A DNA stretch of 64,000 nt, taken from sequence record ON529857.1; one strand, given 5' to 3'. The notes under the pieces were generated by a model. That model did not search any database and had not been told where the DNA came from. It saw only the letters and a list, made by a program, of their open reading frames with translations. Each line of letters starts with the position of its first letter. Position 1 is the first letter of the stretch. Below, piece after piece: positions 55,055 to 62,894 of this stretch. Both the position numbers and the translations under genes were made by a program.

Positions 55055-55350
55055 GCGCCCTCCGGCGCGATGAAATAGACGCGATCAATAAACGTCACCT
55101 CGACGCCCTCGGGCTGTTCGTCCGGGCTGTCGGTCTCCAGATCGGCGTCGATCAGCACGGTCTGGAGGCTGTTCTCCAGCCACGTCACATAGTCGGGGTC
55201 CGTGTCCGCCGTCTCCAGAACGGCGTCAAGGTCGGCGTCGAGACTGGCGCGCAGCATCTGCACGGCGTCTTGCCAATCCATCGGACCTGCGGGCGCCTCT
55301 TCGGGCAGGTAGCCCGGCACATTGGAGCCGACGACATATTGGTGGGACAT
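55051..55350 (-). CDS. First cassette gene, acidic hypothetical protein
   Basis: Start MSHQYVVGSNVPGYLPE; promoter 55404. Confidence 0.7.
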   Translation of the reverse strand: MSHQYVVGSNVPGYLPEEAPAGPMDWQDAVQMLRASLDADLDAVLETADTDPDYVTWLENSLQTVLIDADLETDSPDEQPEGVEVTFIDRVYFIAPEGA

Positions 55351-55769
55351 GGGCGGGGGGCCTTTCGTGTTGCGGTCCTGCCTTGTCCCACGCCCGGCGT
55401 CAGGTGTCAACCGCTTTTCTTCAGAAAACTTCGCCGCGCGGCGGGTGGGCGTTAACCTTAACACTTAACCTTAATCGTTAAGGTTAATGCGAACGGCTCG
55501 CGTTAACCTTAATAACCCTGCGCCGCGTGCGGGTATGGCCGGGTCATACCCGGTATGACCGGGGAGGGCCGGACGGCCTCGAACCAGGGCCGGGCCTGGA
55601 TGACTCGGACGGCGTTAACCTTAACAAACCGTTACCTGCGAATGCGTCGCAGGTGCTGTCTCAACTCCGGCCCCGGCCCCCCTGGCGGGGCGGCCCCCAT
55701 CAGGTGCGAATGCGTCGCAGGAGGGCTCGCATCGTCCGGCCCCCGGCCCCTGGGGGCGAAACCAAACCG

Positions 55770-56015
55770 TGTCGAATCAAGCCGGCGTCGAATCGAAACG
55801 ACGTCAAGTCAAGTTTGGCACCAGCGAAACGAAACGCGCGCGCGTCAAATCGGGCTCGCGTCAAATTTCGCTCCCGTTGAATCGCGCGGGCGTCAAGTCG
55901 CGTTGAAACGCGCTCGCGTCGAATCGATCGGGCGTCAAGTCGCCAGGCCGGGCGTCGAAGCGGGCGGGCGTCAAGTCGACCCGGCGCGTCGAAACCCGCT
56001 GGCGTCAAGCCGGGG
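55770..56015. repeat. CGTCAA(G/A)TC short-repeat cluster 3
   Basis: About 7 CGTCAA units (55802, 55843, 55859, 55891, 55933, 55969, 56003) interleaved with CGTCGAA units; non-coding. Confidence 0.85.
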
Positions 56016-56259
56016 TGTCGAGGACGCGGAGCGCGGATCAGACGCGCGACGCCGCCCGGCAAGGAGGACAGCCCGCCGGCCGGCGCCTGGACAATACACG
56101 CCCTCGACGCCCCATCGGGACCCGGATCGCCGGCGCTGTCAAGCGCGCGGTCATAGGAGGGCGATTGTGCAGGTGCGAAATGGGCGCGACGGAGCGCAGA
56201 GCGGTTGACGGCGACGGGGCGTTTGGCGGCGTAAAGAAACCCGCTGCGGTCCAGGCGGG

Positions 56260-56665
56260 GCGGGGAATCCGCTGTCACGAAACCCCTCAAAGGTGACTCT
56301 GGGGATGGGGCGGTTTTCGTAAGGCGGGGGCGGCGGGTCGCCGGTCTGAAGCGGGGTCCAGGGCGGATCAGGGCCAAATAAGGCGAGAATGGGGCAGTCA
56401 CGAAATTCGGAGCCGGGCGGCGGGGCGAATTCGGGCGTTTGTTGAAAACATTGAGGTTTTCGGGAGGGTTTCGTGACTCGGATCAGGGGCTCAGGGCCTC
56501 CTTTGGGTTGAAATTGTCCCGAAAACGGGGGCGAATCCCAGTCACGTTTCTATAAGTCGTTGTTTTTACTGCGGAAATATCTTTGAGTCACGAATCCCCT
56601 CAAGGGTGACTGCGTCAGGCCGGGATCGACAAGCGCCGGGCGGCGCCCGATCCTATGGATTCAGC
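56260..56665. repeat. GTCACGAA / GANTC-rich, lower-GC non-coding element
   Basis: 26-bp near-identical imperfect palindromes GTCACGAAWCCCCTCAARGGTGACT at 56274 and 56587; 7 GANTC sites in ~400 bp. Confidence 0.7.
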
Positions 56666-56774
56666 GGCGTCGACGCCGGCGGTCCGGCGGGGCTTGGAAG
56701 ACATTGAGGATGTCCAGCATATACCAGACGAGGGCGGCATACGCCGTCAGCAGGATCACGCACAGCCAGCCCAT
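56661..56774 (-). CDS. Possible small membrane peptide, 37 aa
   Basis: MGWLCVILLTAYAALVWYMLDILNVF...; GGAGA upstream. Confidence 0.4.
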   Translation of the reverse strand: MGWLCVILLTAYAALVWYMLDILNVFQAPPDRRRRRR

Positions 56775-56899
56775 AGGGCGTCTCTCCCAGCGATCGTGGA
56801 CGCGGCTCGCCGCGCCTGTTCCCCACGTCAGGGCTAACACATCCCAGGCCGCGCGTCGCCTGGTGGAAATCCGCAGTTCTGCGATCTCGAATCGCCGGG

Positions 56900-57075
56900 A
56901 GAATTCGCAGGGTCCCTCGCCCGAAAAATCGCTAGGGTCCCCAGCCGGAAAATTCGCAGGGTCCCCGGCGGCTGAATTTCGAGGGTCCCCGTCCGGGGGA
57001 AAATTCGAAAGGGTCCCGCTGATGAATCGGCCGGGTCCCCCGCCGCTCGAAAGATGAATTCCGAAGGGTCCCCGC
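56900..57075. repeat. GGGTCCC iteron-like array (7 copies)
   Basis: Starts at 56910, 56935, 56959, 56983, 57011, 57033, 57066; most preceded by an AAT(T) tract. Confidence 0.85.
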
Positions 57076-57438
57076 CGGTCATACTCGGTAGGGCCAAGCC
57101 ATGCCCGCACGTCGGGCGGGGTCATTAAGGTTAATGCGACCGCGTCGCAGTTCGCCGCCCGACAGGGGCCGAGGGCCGCTCACTCTTGGGGACTCGATGG
57201 AAGAGTGGCGCCTTTACAACAATTTCTCTGTCAACACTTGCAGGACAAAAAGTCGATTCGGAATTTCCTCTTACGGACGCCCGACTTGAGACCCTTGTAA
57301 GGGAATGGGATGCGTTGAAAATCTGTTATAGGATTTAGAGTAGACCTGAGACAAACGAGAGTCCCAACACGGCCTGGAGTCAAAGAACCCCGCCGGGTTA
57401 GGACGGGGTTCAAGTGATTTTAAGTTTTGGCGGACGCC

Positions 57439-60174
57439 TTAACCGAAGGAGCCGATCTTCTTGGAGCCGTAGCGGGTGCGCCGGCCCTTCATGTATTTCA
57501 GCGCCTGGGTCATGGCGTCGACCTGGTCGTCGTGCGCCCCGTCGGGGAACTGCGCCACCTCCTTGACGAAGCCGCTCAGCCACTCCGCGTCCTTGGGCAG
57601 GTAGACGTCGCCGGCGGTGATCAACGGGCTCACCTCGTCGAAGCGGAACTCCTTGGACTGGCCGTGCGGGTCGATGCCGACGATGGGGGCCGGCGCCAGG
57701 CGGCGTTGCGAATCCGTCCGACCCCGGTTCTGGATGTAGGCCGTCCCCTGGCCCTTGTCTTCGACCAGGATCACGTCCACGTCGTCGTCGATCGCCTGCT
57801 TTTCGATGAGCGGGATCATGTCGTTGAACTCGACCTTCTTGCGGGTCTGGCGCAGCAGGTGGTATTGCCCGTCGTGCGTCTCGCCCCAGGTCTGGGCCAC
57901 GGTGTAGTCGGCCCGTTCCGTCACCTTGGCGGCGCAGTCGACCGACAGGACGATGCGGCGGTAATAGGCGCGGCGGTCCGGCTTGGCGCGGCCGACCTCG
58001 TCGATCAGCCCCTCTTCACGCGCCTTCTTCAGCGCCTCGTCGGTCTTGTGCAGCGGCTGACGGTAGAACTGGAACTTCGACGCGACCGAGTCATCCGAGG
58101 TGGCGTCCGCCATCTGCTGATAGACCAGGGCGAATCGCTGGAACGTCCACTCGGTTTTCTTCGTCACATAGAAGGCGAGATCGTAGTAGTCCCACAAGAC
58201 GTCGCCCAGCTTGCGGCCGAGCACGTCGTTCTCTTCATCGACGCACAACGCCGGCGCCTCCACCTGGTGCCAGCGGGCGTAGGGCGGCAGGTGCTTGTTC
58301 ATGTCCATGAGGTGCCCGGTCAGGTCGTGCTCATGGAAGCGCGTCATGATCAGGAACATCTTGGACATGGGCAGCATACGCGAGCCGATGTCGCCGACGA
58401 ACCAGGTGTTGACCTTCTCGCGCTGCACCGCGCTTTCGGCCTCCTCGATCTTGGCGTAGGGGTCGTCGACGCAGGCGAAATGCGCGCGGAAACCGTGGAC
58501 GGCCTGACCGACGCCCTTGGCGACATACTGACCGCCCTTGCCGGCGATGGCCCATTGGTCGGCGGCGCGCGTCGAGTAGTCGATCACCACCTCGGGGAAG
58601 ACGCGGCGGAACTCGGGCGAGCCGACCAGGCCGCGAATCTTCTTGGAGAACTCGTTCTCGACGAAGCGTTGGGAGTGGCCCCCGCCGATGATCTTCAGCG
58701 TCGGTTGACGCCCCAGACGCCAGGCGACGAACAGGCGCGAGGCGTAGGTGGAGTTGTGCACCACCACCCCGTCGGCCAGGAACGTCGAGTCCTTGTAGAC
58801 GGTCAGGCAGCGGCACTCGCCCTGTCCCGCCGGGCTCACCTCCACCACCTTGTCGGTCGCCTTGGAGCCGTAGGGCAGGCGCTTGGCGATGAAGTCGGCG
58901 TCGTTGCGGCCGAGGAACTGCACCCCGGCGTCCAGCAGGGTTTCCACCGCCGGGCCGCGCACGATCACCTTGGGCAGGCCGCGCTCCGGCGCCTCCATCC
59001 GGGCGTCCACATCGAAGCGCGCCAGCAGCCGTTGCAGGTCGCGCGCCAGGCCCGGCGACTTGACCGCCACCGACACCGTGGCCTGGCTGAAGCGTTTGGG
59101 CGTGGTGGCGCGCAGGCGATACAGCGTCGACAGATAGGCGCGCACCTTGACGTCGTCGCCCTTGAACACCCATTCGGGCACGCGCCGTTCGGTCGCCCGC
59201 ACCGCCATCCCCAGGGCGTCGCGCAGCGGCTTGGCGTCGAAGTTGCGCAGGCGCAGCATGTGGCGGCGGTTCGCCGGCAGCCAGTTCTTGTGATAGCGGA
59301 TGCCCATGCGCGTCAGCAGCGCCTCGGCCTCCTCCACCTGGTCGGTCTTGGCGAACCACAGTTGCAGGTTGAAATAGGGCTTGCCGGTGTGGGGCGAGAT
59401 CGCCTCGTTGAAGCCGCCGCAGACGGCGAAGAAGGCCGCCAGACGGAAGGCGTCCTCGCTCATGCCGGAGGTGTCGTTGCGCCCGTTCTGCTCGTCGATC
59501 GGGCCGCCCACCACGGTCAGGTTCATGCCCGGCCGCAGGTCTTCGGCGTTGATCCAGGCCGGGGCCGCGCCGGGGCGCGTGACCTGGAACGGATGGTCGG
59601 GGGCCGAATAGACGACCCGGCCCTTCTCGGTCTCGATCTTCAGCAGCGGCAAGACGCCCTGCTCATGCACCGCCTCGACCTTGCGGCGGCGGCCGGTGTG
59701 GGTGATGACCTCCTCGCCCGGCGTGATGTCGGCGATGCGCTTCCACGAGCCGTCGCCCATCATGACCGGGGTGTCGACGTGCAGCGGCTTGGCGTGACCG
59801 GGCGGGCAGTTCAGGATGAACCGGTCCATCTCCGGGTCCATCTCGATCTTCTGAAGCAGCTCGGTCAGATAGACGTGCCAGGCCGATTCGGGCGGCTCGT
59901 CCGGCGAGACGTATTCGCAAAAGGCGTTGAAATCGTCCCGCGCCAGCGGTAGAAGCTTCTCCAGATGACGGCGTTGCAGTTCTTCGGACAGGCTGTTCAG
60001 CGCCGTGATCTGCTGATTGACGTCGTTGGTCTGGGTCAGGGCGTAGATGCCCTGGCGGGTGACGTCCGGCAGGATGAGGCCGCGCTCGGCCGAGCGCTTG
60101 GCTTCCATCGCCAGGTTCTGCAACCGGCGCGACGACTGTCGGGCGCGGATGCGGTCTTCGATCAAATAGGTCAT
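57439..60174 (-). CDS. terL: Terminase large subunit, intein-containing (911-aa precursor, ~566 aa spliced)
   Basis: Walker A LNCPPGHAK|ST split by the intein; Walker B FACVDDP; IMTRFHEHDL; nuclease motifs SVDCA, DYTV, HDDQVDAMTQAL. Confidence 0.95.
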   Translation of the reverse strand: MTYLIEDRIRARQSSRRLQNLAMEAKRSAERGLILPDVTRQGIYALTQTNDVNQQITALNSLSEELQRRHLEKLLPLARDDFNAFCEYVSPDEPPESAWHVYLTELLQKIEMDPEMDRFILNCPPGHAKPLHVDTPVMMGDGSWKRIADITPGEEVITHTGRRRKVEAVHEQGVLPLLKIETEKGRVVYSAPDHPFQVTRPGAAPAWINAEDLRPGMNLTVVGGPIDEQNGRNDTSGMSEDAFRLAAFFAVCGGFNEAISPHTGKPYFNLQLWFAKTDQVEEAEALLTRMGIRYHKNWLPANRRHMLRLRNFDAKPLRDALGMAVRATERRVPEWVFKGDDVKVRAYLSTLYRLRATTPKRFSQATVSVAVKSPGLARDLQRLLARFDVDARMEAPERGLPKVIVRGPAVETLLDAGVQFLGRNDADFIAKRLPYGSKATDKVVEVSPAGQGECRCLTVYKDSTFLADGVVVHNSTYASRLFVAWRLGRQPTLKIIGGGHSQRFVENEFSKKIRGLVGSPEFRRVFPEVVIDYSTRAADQWAIAGKGGQYVAKGVGQAVHGFRAHFACVDDPYAKIEEAESAVQREKVNTWFVGDIGSRMLPMSKMFLIMTRFHEHDLTGHLMDMNKHLPPYARWHQVEAPALCVDEENDVLGRKLGDVLWDYYDLAFYVTKKTEWTFQRFALVYQQMADATSDDSVASKFQFYRQPLHKTDEALKKAREEGLIDEVGRAKPDRRAYYRRIVLSVDCAAKVTERADYTVAQTWGETHDGQYHLLRQTRKKVEFNDMIPLIEKQAIDDDVDVILVEDKGQGTAYIQNRGRTDSQRRLAPAPIVGIDPHGQSKEFRFDEVSPLITAGDVYLPKDAEWLSGFVKEVAQFPDGAHDDQVDAMTQALKYMKGRRTRYGSKKIGSFG
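58753..59787 (-). mobile_element. Intein (345 aa) with LAGLIDADG-like domain, inserted in the TerL Walker A motif
   Basis: N-terminus PLHVDTPVMMGDG (block A), APDHPF (block B), ECRCLTV (block F), VVVHN/S (block G). Confidence 0.93.
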
Positions 60175-60189
60175 GGTGTCGTGTTAAGG

Positions 60190-60450
60190 TTAACGAGCCG
60201 AAACGGGCTCGACGTCGATGTCGAGCTCGGCGGCGCGCAGCAGCCCCTCGACGGAGGTCGCCAGCACTTCATCGCCACGATGGCGAGCGACGACCCGGAT
60301 GGTGCGCACCGCCTGCTCCAGGCGGACGATGCGACGGCGAAGCGCCGAGGCGTGCGCCAGGAGCGCCGCGACGACGAAGGTGAAGGCCAGGACGATGCCG
60401 ACCAGCAGGCCGGCGGCGAGCGCCGCGTCCACGGGCACGCAGGCGGTCAT
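60190..60450 (-). CDS. Small membrane protein
   Basis: Single TM ALAAGLLVGIVLAFTFVVAALL between terS and terL. Confidence 0.65.
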   Translation of the reverse strand: MTACVPVDAALAAGLLVGIVLAFTFVVAALLAHASALRRRIVRLEQAVRTIRVVARHRGDEVLATSVEGLLRAAELDIDVEPVSAR

Positions 60451-61133
60451 TCGGGAACCCCCGCGTCATCGTCCAACTGATCGAGCACGCCCATGGCCTC
60501 GTCCAGGTCCGGCAGGTCGGCCCCCAGGGCGACGTCGGTCTCCGATCCGGTCGACAGCTCGCGCGCCTTGGCGAGGTTGGGGGCCGGCGGCGAGCGGACC
60601 TGTCCGGCGATCAGCTCCATAGCGGTCTCGTGGGTGAAGTCGCGCGACAGGTCGGCCTCGGTGCGTTCGGCCGCCGGCAGGGCGTCCATCGCCGCGCCCA
60701 GCAGGGCGTCCATCTTGTCCAGGTCCAGCGTCTGCGGCACGCCGCCGCCGTCGTCGCCGTCCGAGCCGCCCTGGAACATGCCCAGGTCCTTGCCGATCAG
60801 CTCCAAGGCCGCGTTCGATTCCTTGAACAACTCCGCCTTGGCGGCCAGGATCGCGTTCTCCGCCAGCTGCGAGATCACCCAGGCGCGCGACGCGCCGGTG
60901 ATGGTGCCCACCACCTTGGCGGCCTCTCGGGCGGCGACCCGCTGCGATTCGCGCTGCGCCTGGTAGTCCTCGAACAGCTCGGCGATGCGCAGCTTGATCG
61001 TCTCGTCCTGCTCCAGGTGCGTGGTCGAGGTGCCGGGCGCATAACCGGCGGCCTGCGCCGCCTGGGCGGGCTTCATCCCGCGCGCACGGTGCTTGGCGTA
61101 GAGTTCGTTTCGGTCGTTAGAAAGTCTTGGCAT
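60447..61133 (-). CDS. terS: Terminase small subunit
   Basis: HTH-like N-terminus (ARGMKPAQAAQAAGYA), oligomerisation helix ALELIGKDLGMF, position upstream of terL. Confidence 0.8.
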   Translation of the reverse strand: MPRLSNDRNELYAKHRARGMKPAQAAQAAGYAPGTSTTHLEQDETIKLRIAELFEDYQAQRESQRVAAREAAKVVGTITGASRAWVISQLAENAILAAKAELFKESNAALELIGKDLGMFQGGSDGDDGGGVPQTLDLDKMDALLGAAMDALPAAERTEADLSRDFTHETAMELIAGQVRSPPAPNLAKARELSTGSETDVALGADLPDLDEAMGVLDQLDDDAGVPE

Positions 61134-61134
61134 G

Positions 61135-61377
61135 TCAGGCCTCGGAAAGGTCGATCAGCCGTCGGGTCAGCTTTCCGATGTGGATGTTGAGGTCGAGGAA
61201 GATTTCGTAGTAGGTGAGCGCCGCCACGCGGTGCTCTTCGATAAGCGCGTCTTTGGCGCCCTGGTGGGTCAGGGACAGGACCGAGGACTGGTTCTCCATG
61301 CAGACCGCGAACGTCAGTTCGGCGCGGTGCTTCAACCGCTCGATCTCCGCATGGATGTCGGCGCGGGTCTCGGTCAT
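61135..61377 (-). CDS. Hypothetical helical protein (possible paralog of 6104-6376)
   Basis: MTETRADIHAEIERL...EEHRVAALTYYEIFLD. Confidence 0.65.
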   Translation of the reverse strand: MTETRADIHAEIERLKHRAELTFAVCMENQSSVLSLTHQGAKDALIEEHRVAALTYYEIFLDLNIHIGKLTRRLIDLSEA

Positions 61378-61859
61378 GACGGCGCCTCGGCGAACTCGAC
61401 GTCGACCACCACCTCGACGCCCTGATGGGTCAGGGTGCGCAGCACGTCCGACAGCCGCACCTGGTTCTCCTCCAGACCGTCGCGGTTGAGCGGCGGGGGC
61501 GCGTCTTCGTCGTCGCCGTCGCCGTCGTCCGCTTCTTCCGGGGTCAGGCTTTCGACGCCCATGCCGCAGTCGGACACCGCCAGCAGGTCTTCCGGCACGA
61601 TGGTCTCCACCTCGTCCGGCTCGCGGCTTTCGTGCGGCAGGTGAAAGCCCATCTTGACCTTGATCGGCACGCGGACCCGCACCAGCATCTGCCCGCGCGA
61701 GTCCAGAACGCCGGTCGGCGTCATGATCGGTTCGCGCGGGTCGTCGACCAGGTGATCGGCGGTCCACGAAATGCTGCCGTCTTCACCCGGAATGGGTCCG
61801 GAACGCGGCCGGCTGCGCCAGGCGGTCAGTCGGCGCAGGGCGGCTTGGACTTGGGTCAC
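61374..61859 (-). CDS. Hypothetical protein with acidic tail
   Basis: 161-aa coupled ORF. Confidence 0.65.
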   Translation of the reverse strand: MTQVQAALRRLTAWRSRPRSGPIPGEDGSISWTADHLVDDPREPIMTPTGVLDSRGQMLVRVRVPIKVKMGFHLPHESREPDEVETIVPEDLLAVSDCGMGVESLTPEEADDGDGDDEDAPPPLNRDGLEENQVRLSDVLRTLTHQGVEVVVDVEFAEAPS

Positions 61860-62365
61860 TCAGGGAACTCCACCAAGGTCAGGGGTTTGGTCGGCGGCGT
61901 GCGCAGCAGCATGACCACGCCGTAGAGGCACAGGAGCGCCGCCTCGGCGCGGCCGTCGTCCTTGACGCGGGCGAACAGCTTCAGCGCGCAAGGGAACATC
62001 TCCATGGCGCGGCGACGCGCCTCGTTCTTGTCCTTGGGCGTCTTGGTGGCGGTCTTCCACTCCTGCGGCCGCACCTTGGTCAGCATCGAACGCGCCGCTG
62101 CGGCGCCTTCCAGGATGCCGAGCGCCCGGCCGAAGTTGAACGCCGAGGTCACGCCCATCTGCGGCGACGACCACACGTCCTCGATCACGACATAGTCAGG
62201 ATCGGCGGCGATGATCGCCTGCCCGACGCCGCCCGGCGACACGGCCTCCTTGCCGCTGCGGCCCGGCTCGCGCGGCATGTCGGTGATCGCCAGCGTCCAG
62301 GTTTCAGTGTCGATCAGCGCCAGAGCGCCGTTCTTGCCGGGGTCGATGCCCAGGATGCGGCTCAT
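61856..62365 (-). CDS. RuvC-like Holliday junction resolvase
   Basis: ILGIDPG, VVIEDV, FNFGRALG, DGRAEAALL. Confidence 0.88.
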   Translation of the reverse strand: MSRILGIDPGKNGALALIDTETWTLAITDMPREPGRSGKEAVSPGGVGQAIIAADPDYVVIEDVWSSPQMGVTSAFNFGRALGILEGAAAARSMLTKVRPQEWKTATKTPKDKNEARRRAMEMFPCALKLFARVKDDGRAEAALLCLYGVVMLLRTPPTKPLTLVEFPE

Positions 62366-62529
62366 GACGACACCGCCTCGGCGTCCAGCAGGGTCAAGGC
62401 GTAATCCAGCGCGGCGCGCTCCACCTCGTTCATGCAGGTCGACGCCAGGCGATCACGCCACAGGCCCAGAACGACGGCGCAGGCGTAACTCGCCTCGGCC
62501 TGCTCACAAGGCGGGAAAGGTTCGCGCAT
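62362..62529 (-). CDS. Small hypothetical protein, 55 aa
   Basis: Hand translation MREPFPPCEQAEASY...; overlaps both neighbours. Confidence 0.5.
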   Translation of the reverse strand: MREPFPPCEQAEASYACAVVLGLWRDRLASTCMNEVERAALDYALTLLDAEAVSS

Positions 62530-62786
62530 CAGAATTCCGGCCCGTAGCGCAGCGTCAAGCGATCCATCTCGTCGCCGTCATGGGCGCGTTGCTGCACCCG
62601 CAGCATGTTGACCTCGAAACGCAGGCGCTGGTTCTCCGCCAGCAGATCGGTCAGGGCGACGGACAGTTGCTGGCTCTGCGGATCGCCGGCGCGGGCCAGG
62701 TCGAGCGCCAGGTCTTGAAGGGTGGTCGGTTCGGACATCACAGGGTCTCTTCGGCGCGGCGGCGCGCGGCGGCATGGGTCATCCAC
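62529..62786 (-). CDS. Hypothetical coiled-coil protein
   Basis: Likely start MSEPTTLQDL. Confidence 0.55.
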   Translation of the reverse strand: MDDPCRRAPPRRRDPVMSEPTTLQDLALDLARAGDPQSQQLSVALTDLLAENQRLRFEVNMLRVQQRAHDGDEMDRLTLRYGPEF

Positions 62787-62894
62787 GCCAGGGACAGGTC
62801 GTCGGCGTCGTTCCAGCGGTCGAAGGCCGGCGTCAGCAGCATGACCGGCGGCTCCGGCATCAACGGGATTTTCGGCGTAGCCGGGCGCGGGGGA

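Larger units (their letters stand above)
23400..55500 (-). repeat. Array of ~40 promoter-RBS-gene-terminator cassettes sharing a dispersed intergenic repeat
   Basis: Manual count of ~42 copies of TTGACA on the - strand (TGTCAA on +), e.g. 24447, 25993, 27210, 30086, 34483, 39301, 43845, 48163, 52383, 55404. Nearly all have a 17-bp spacer to TAGAGT/TACACC/TAGAAG, then AACGGAGACACCC(C)ATG. Confidence 0.93.

Noticed and set aside
23400-55500. CRISPR array interpretation of the regularly recurring repeats
   Set aside because: The spacers are 0.3-1.2-kb protein-coding genes, the repeats are promoter/terminator modules, and no cas genes are present.
55555-56401. ORFs of 217-233 aa spanning the 55.6-56.4 kb region
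   Set aside because: Arg/Ala/Pro-rich translations of short DNA repeats on both strands; no RBS; treated as non-coding.
56661-57125. 154-aa ORF with GDP repeats as a paralog of the 37073-38017 protein
   Set aside because: The similarity is limited to the GGGTCCC DNA repeat, whose periods are mostly not multiples of three. Only the last 37 codons look like a real peptide.
57427-59952. 841-aa plus-strand ORF and many other long plus-strand ORFs (e.g. 1067-2101, 2851-3846, 19216-20676, 20857-22056, 44447-45700)
   Set aside because: Antisense shadows of real minus-strand genes in high-GC DNA; no RBS, no motifs, biased composition.
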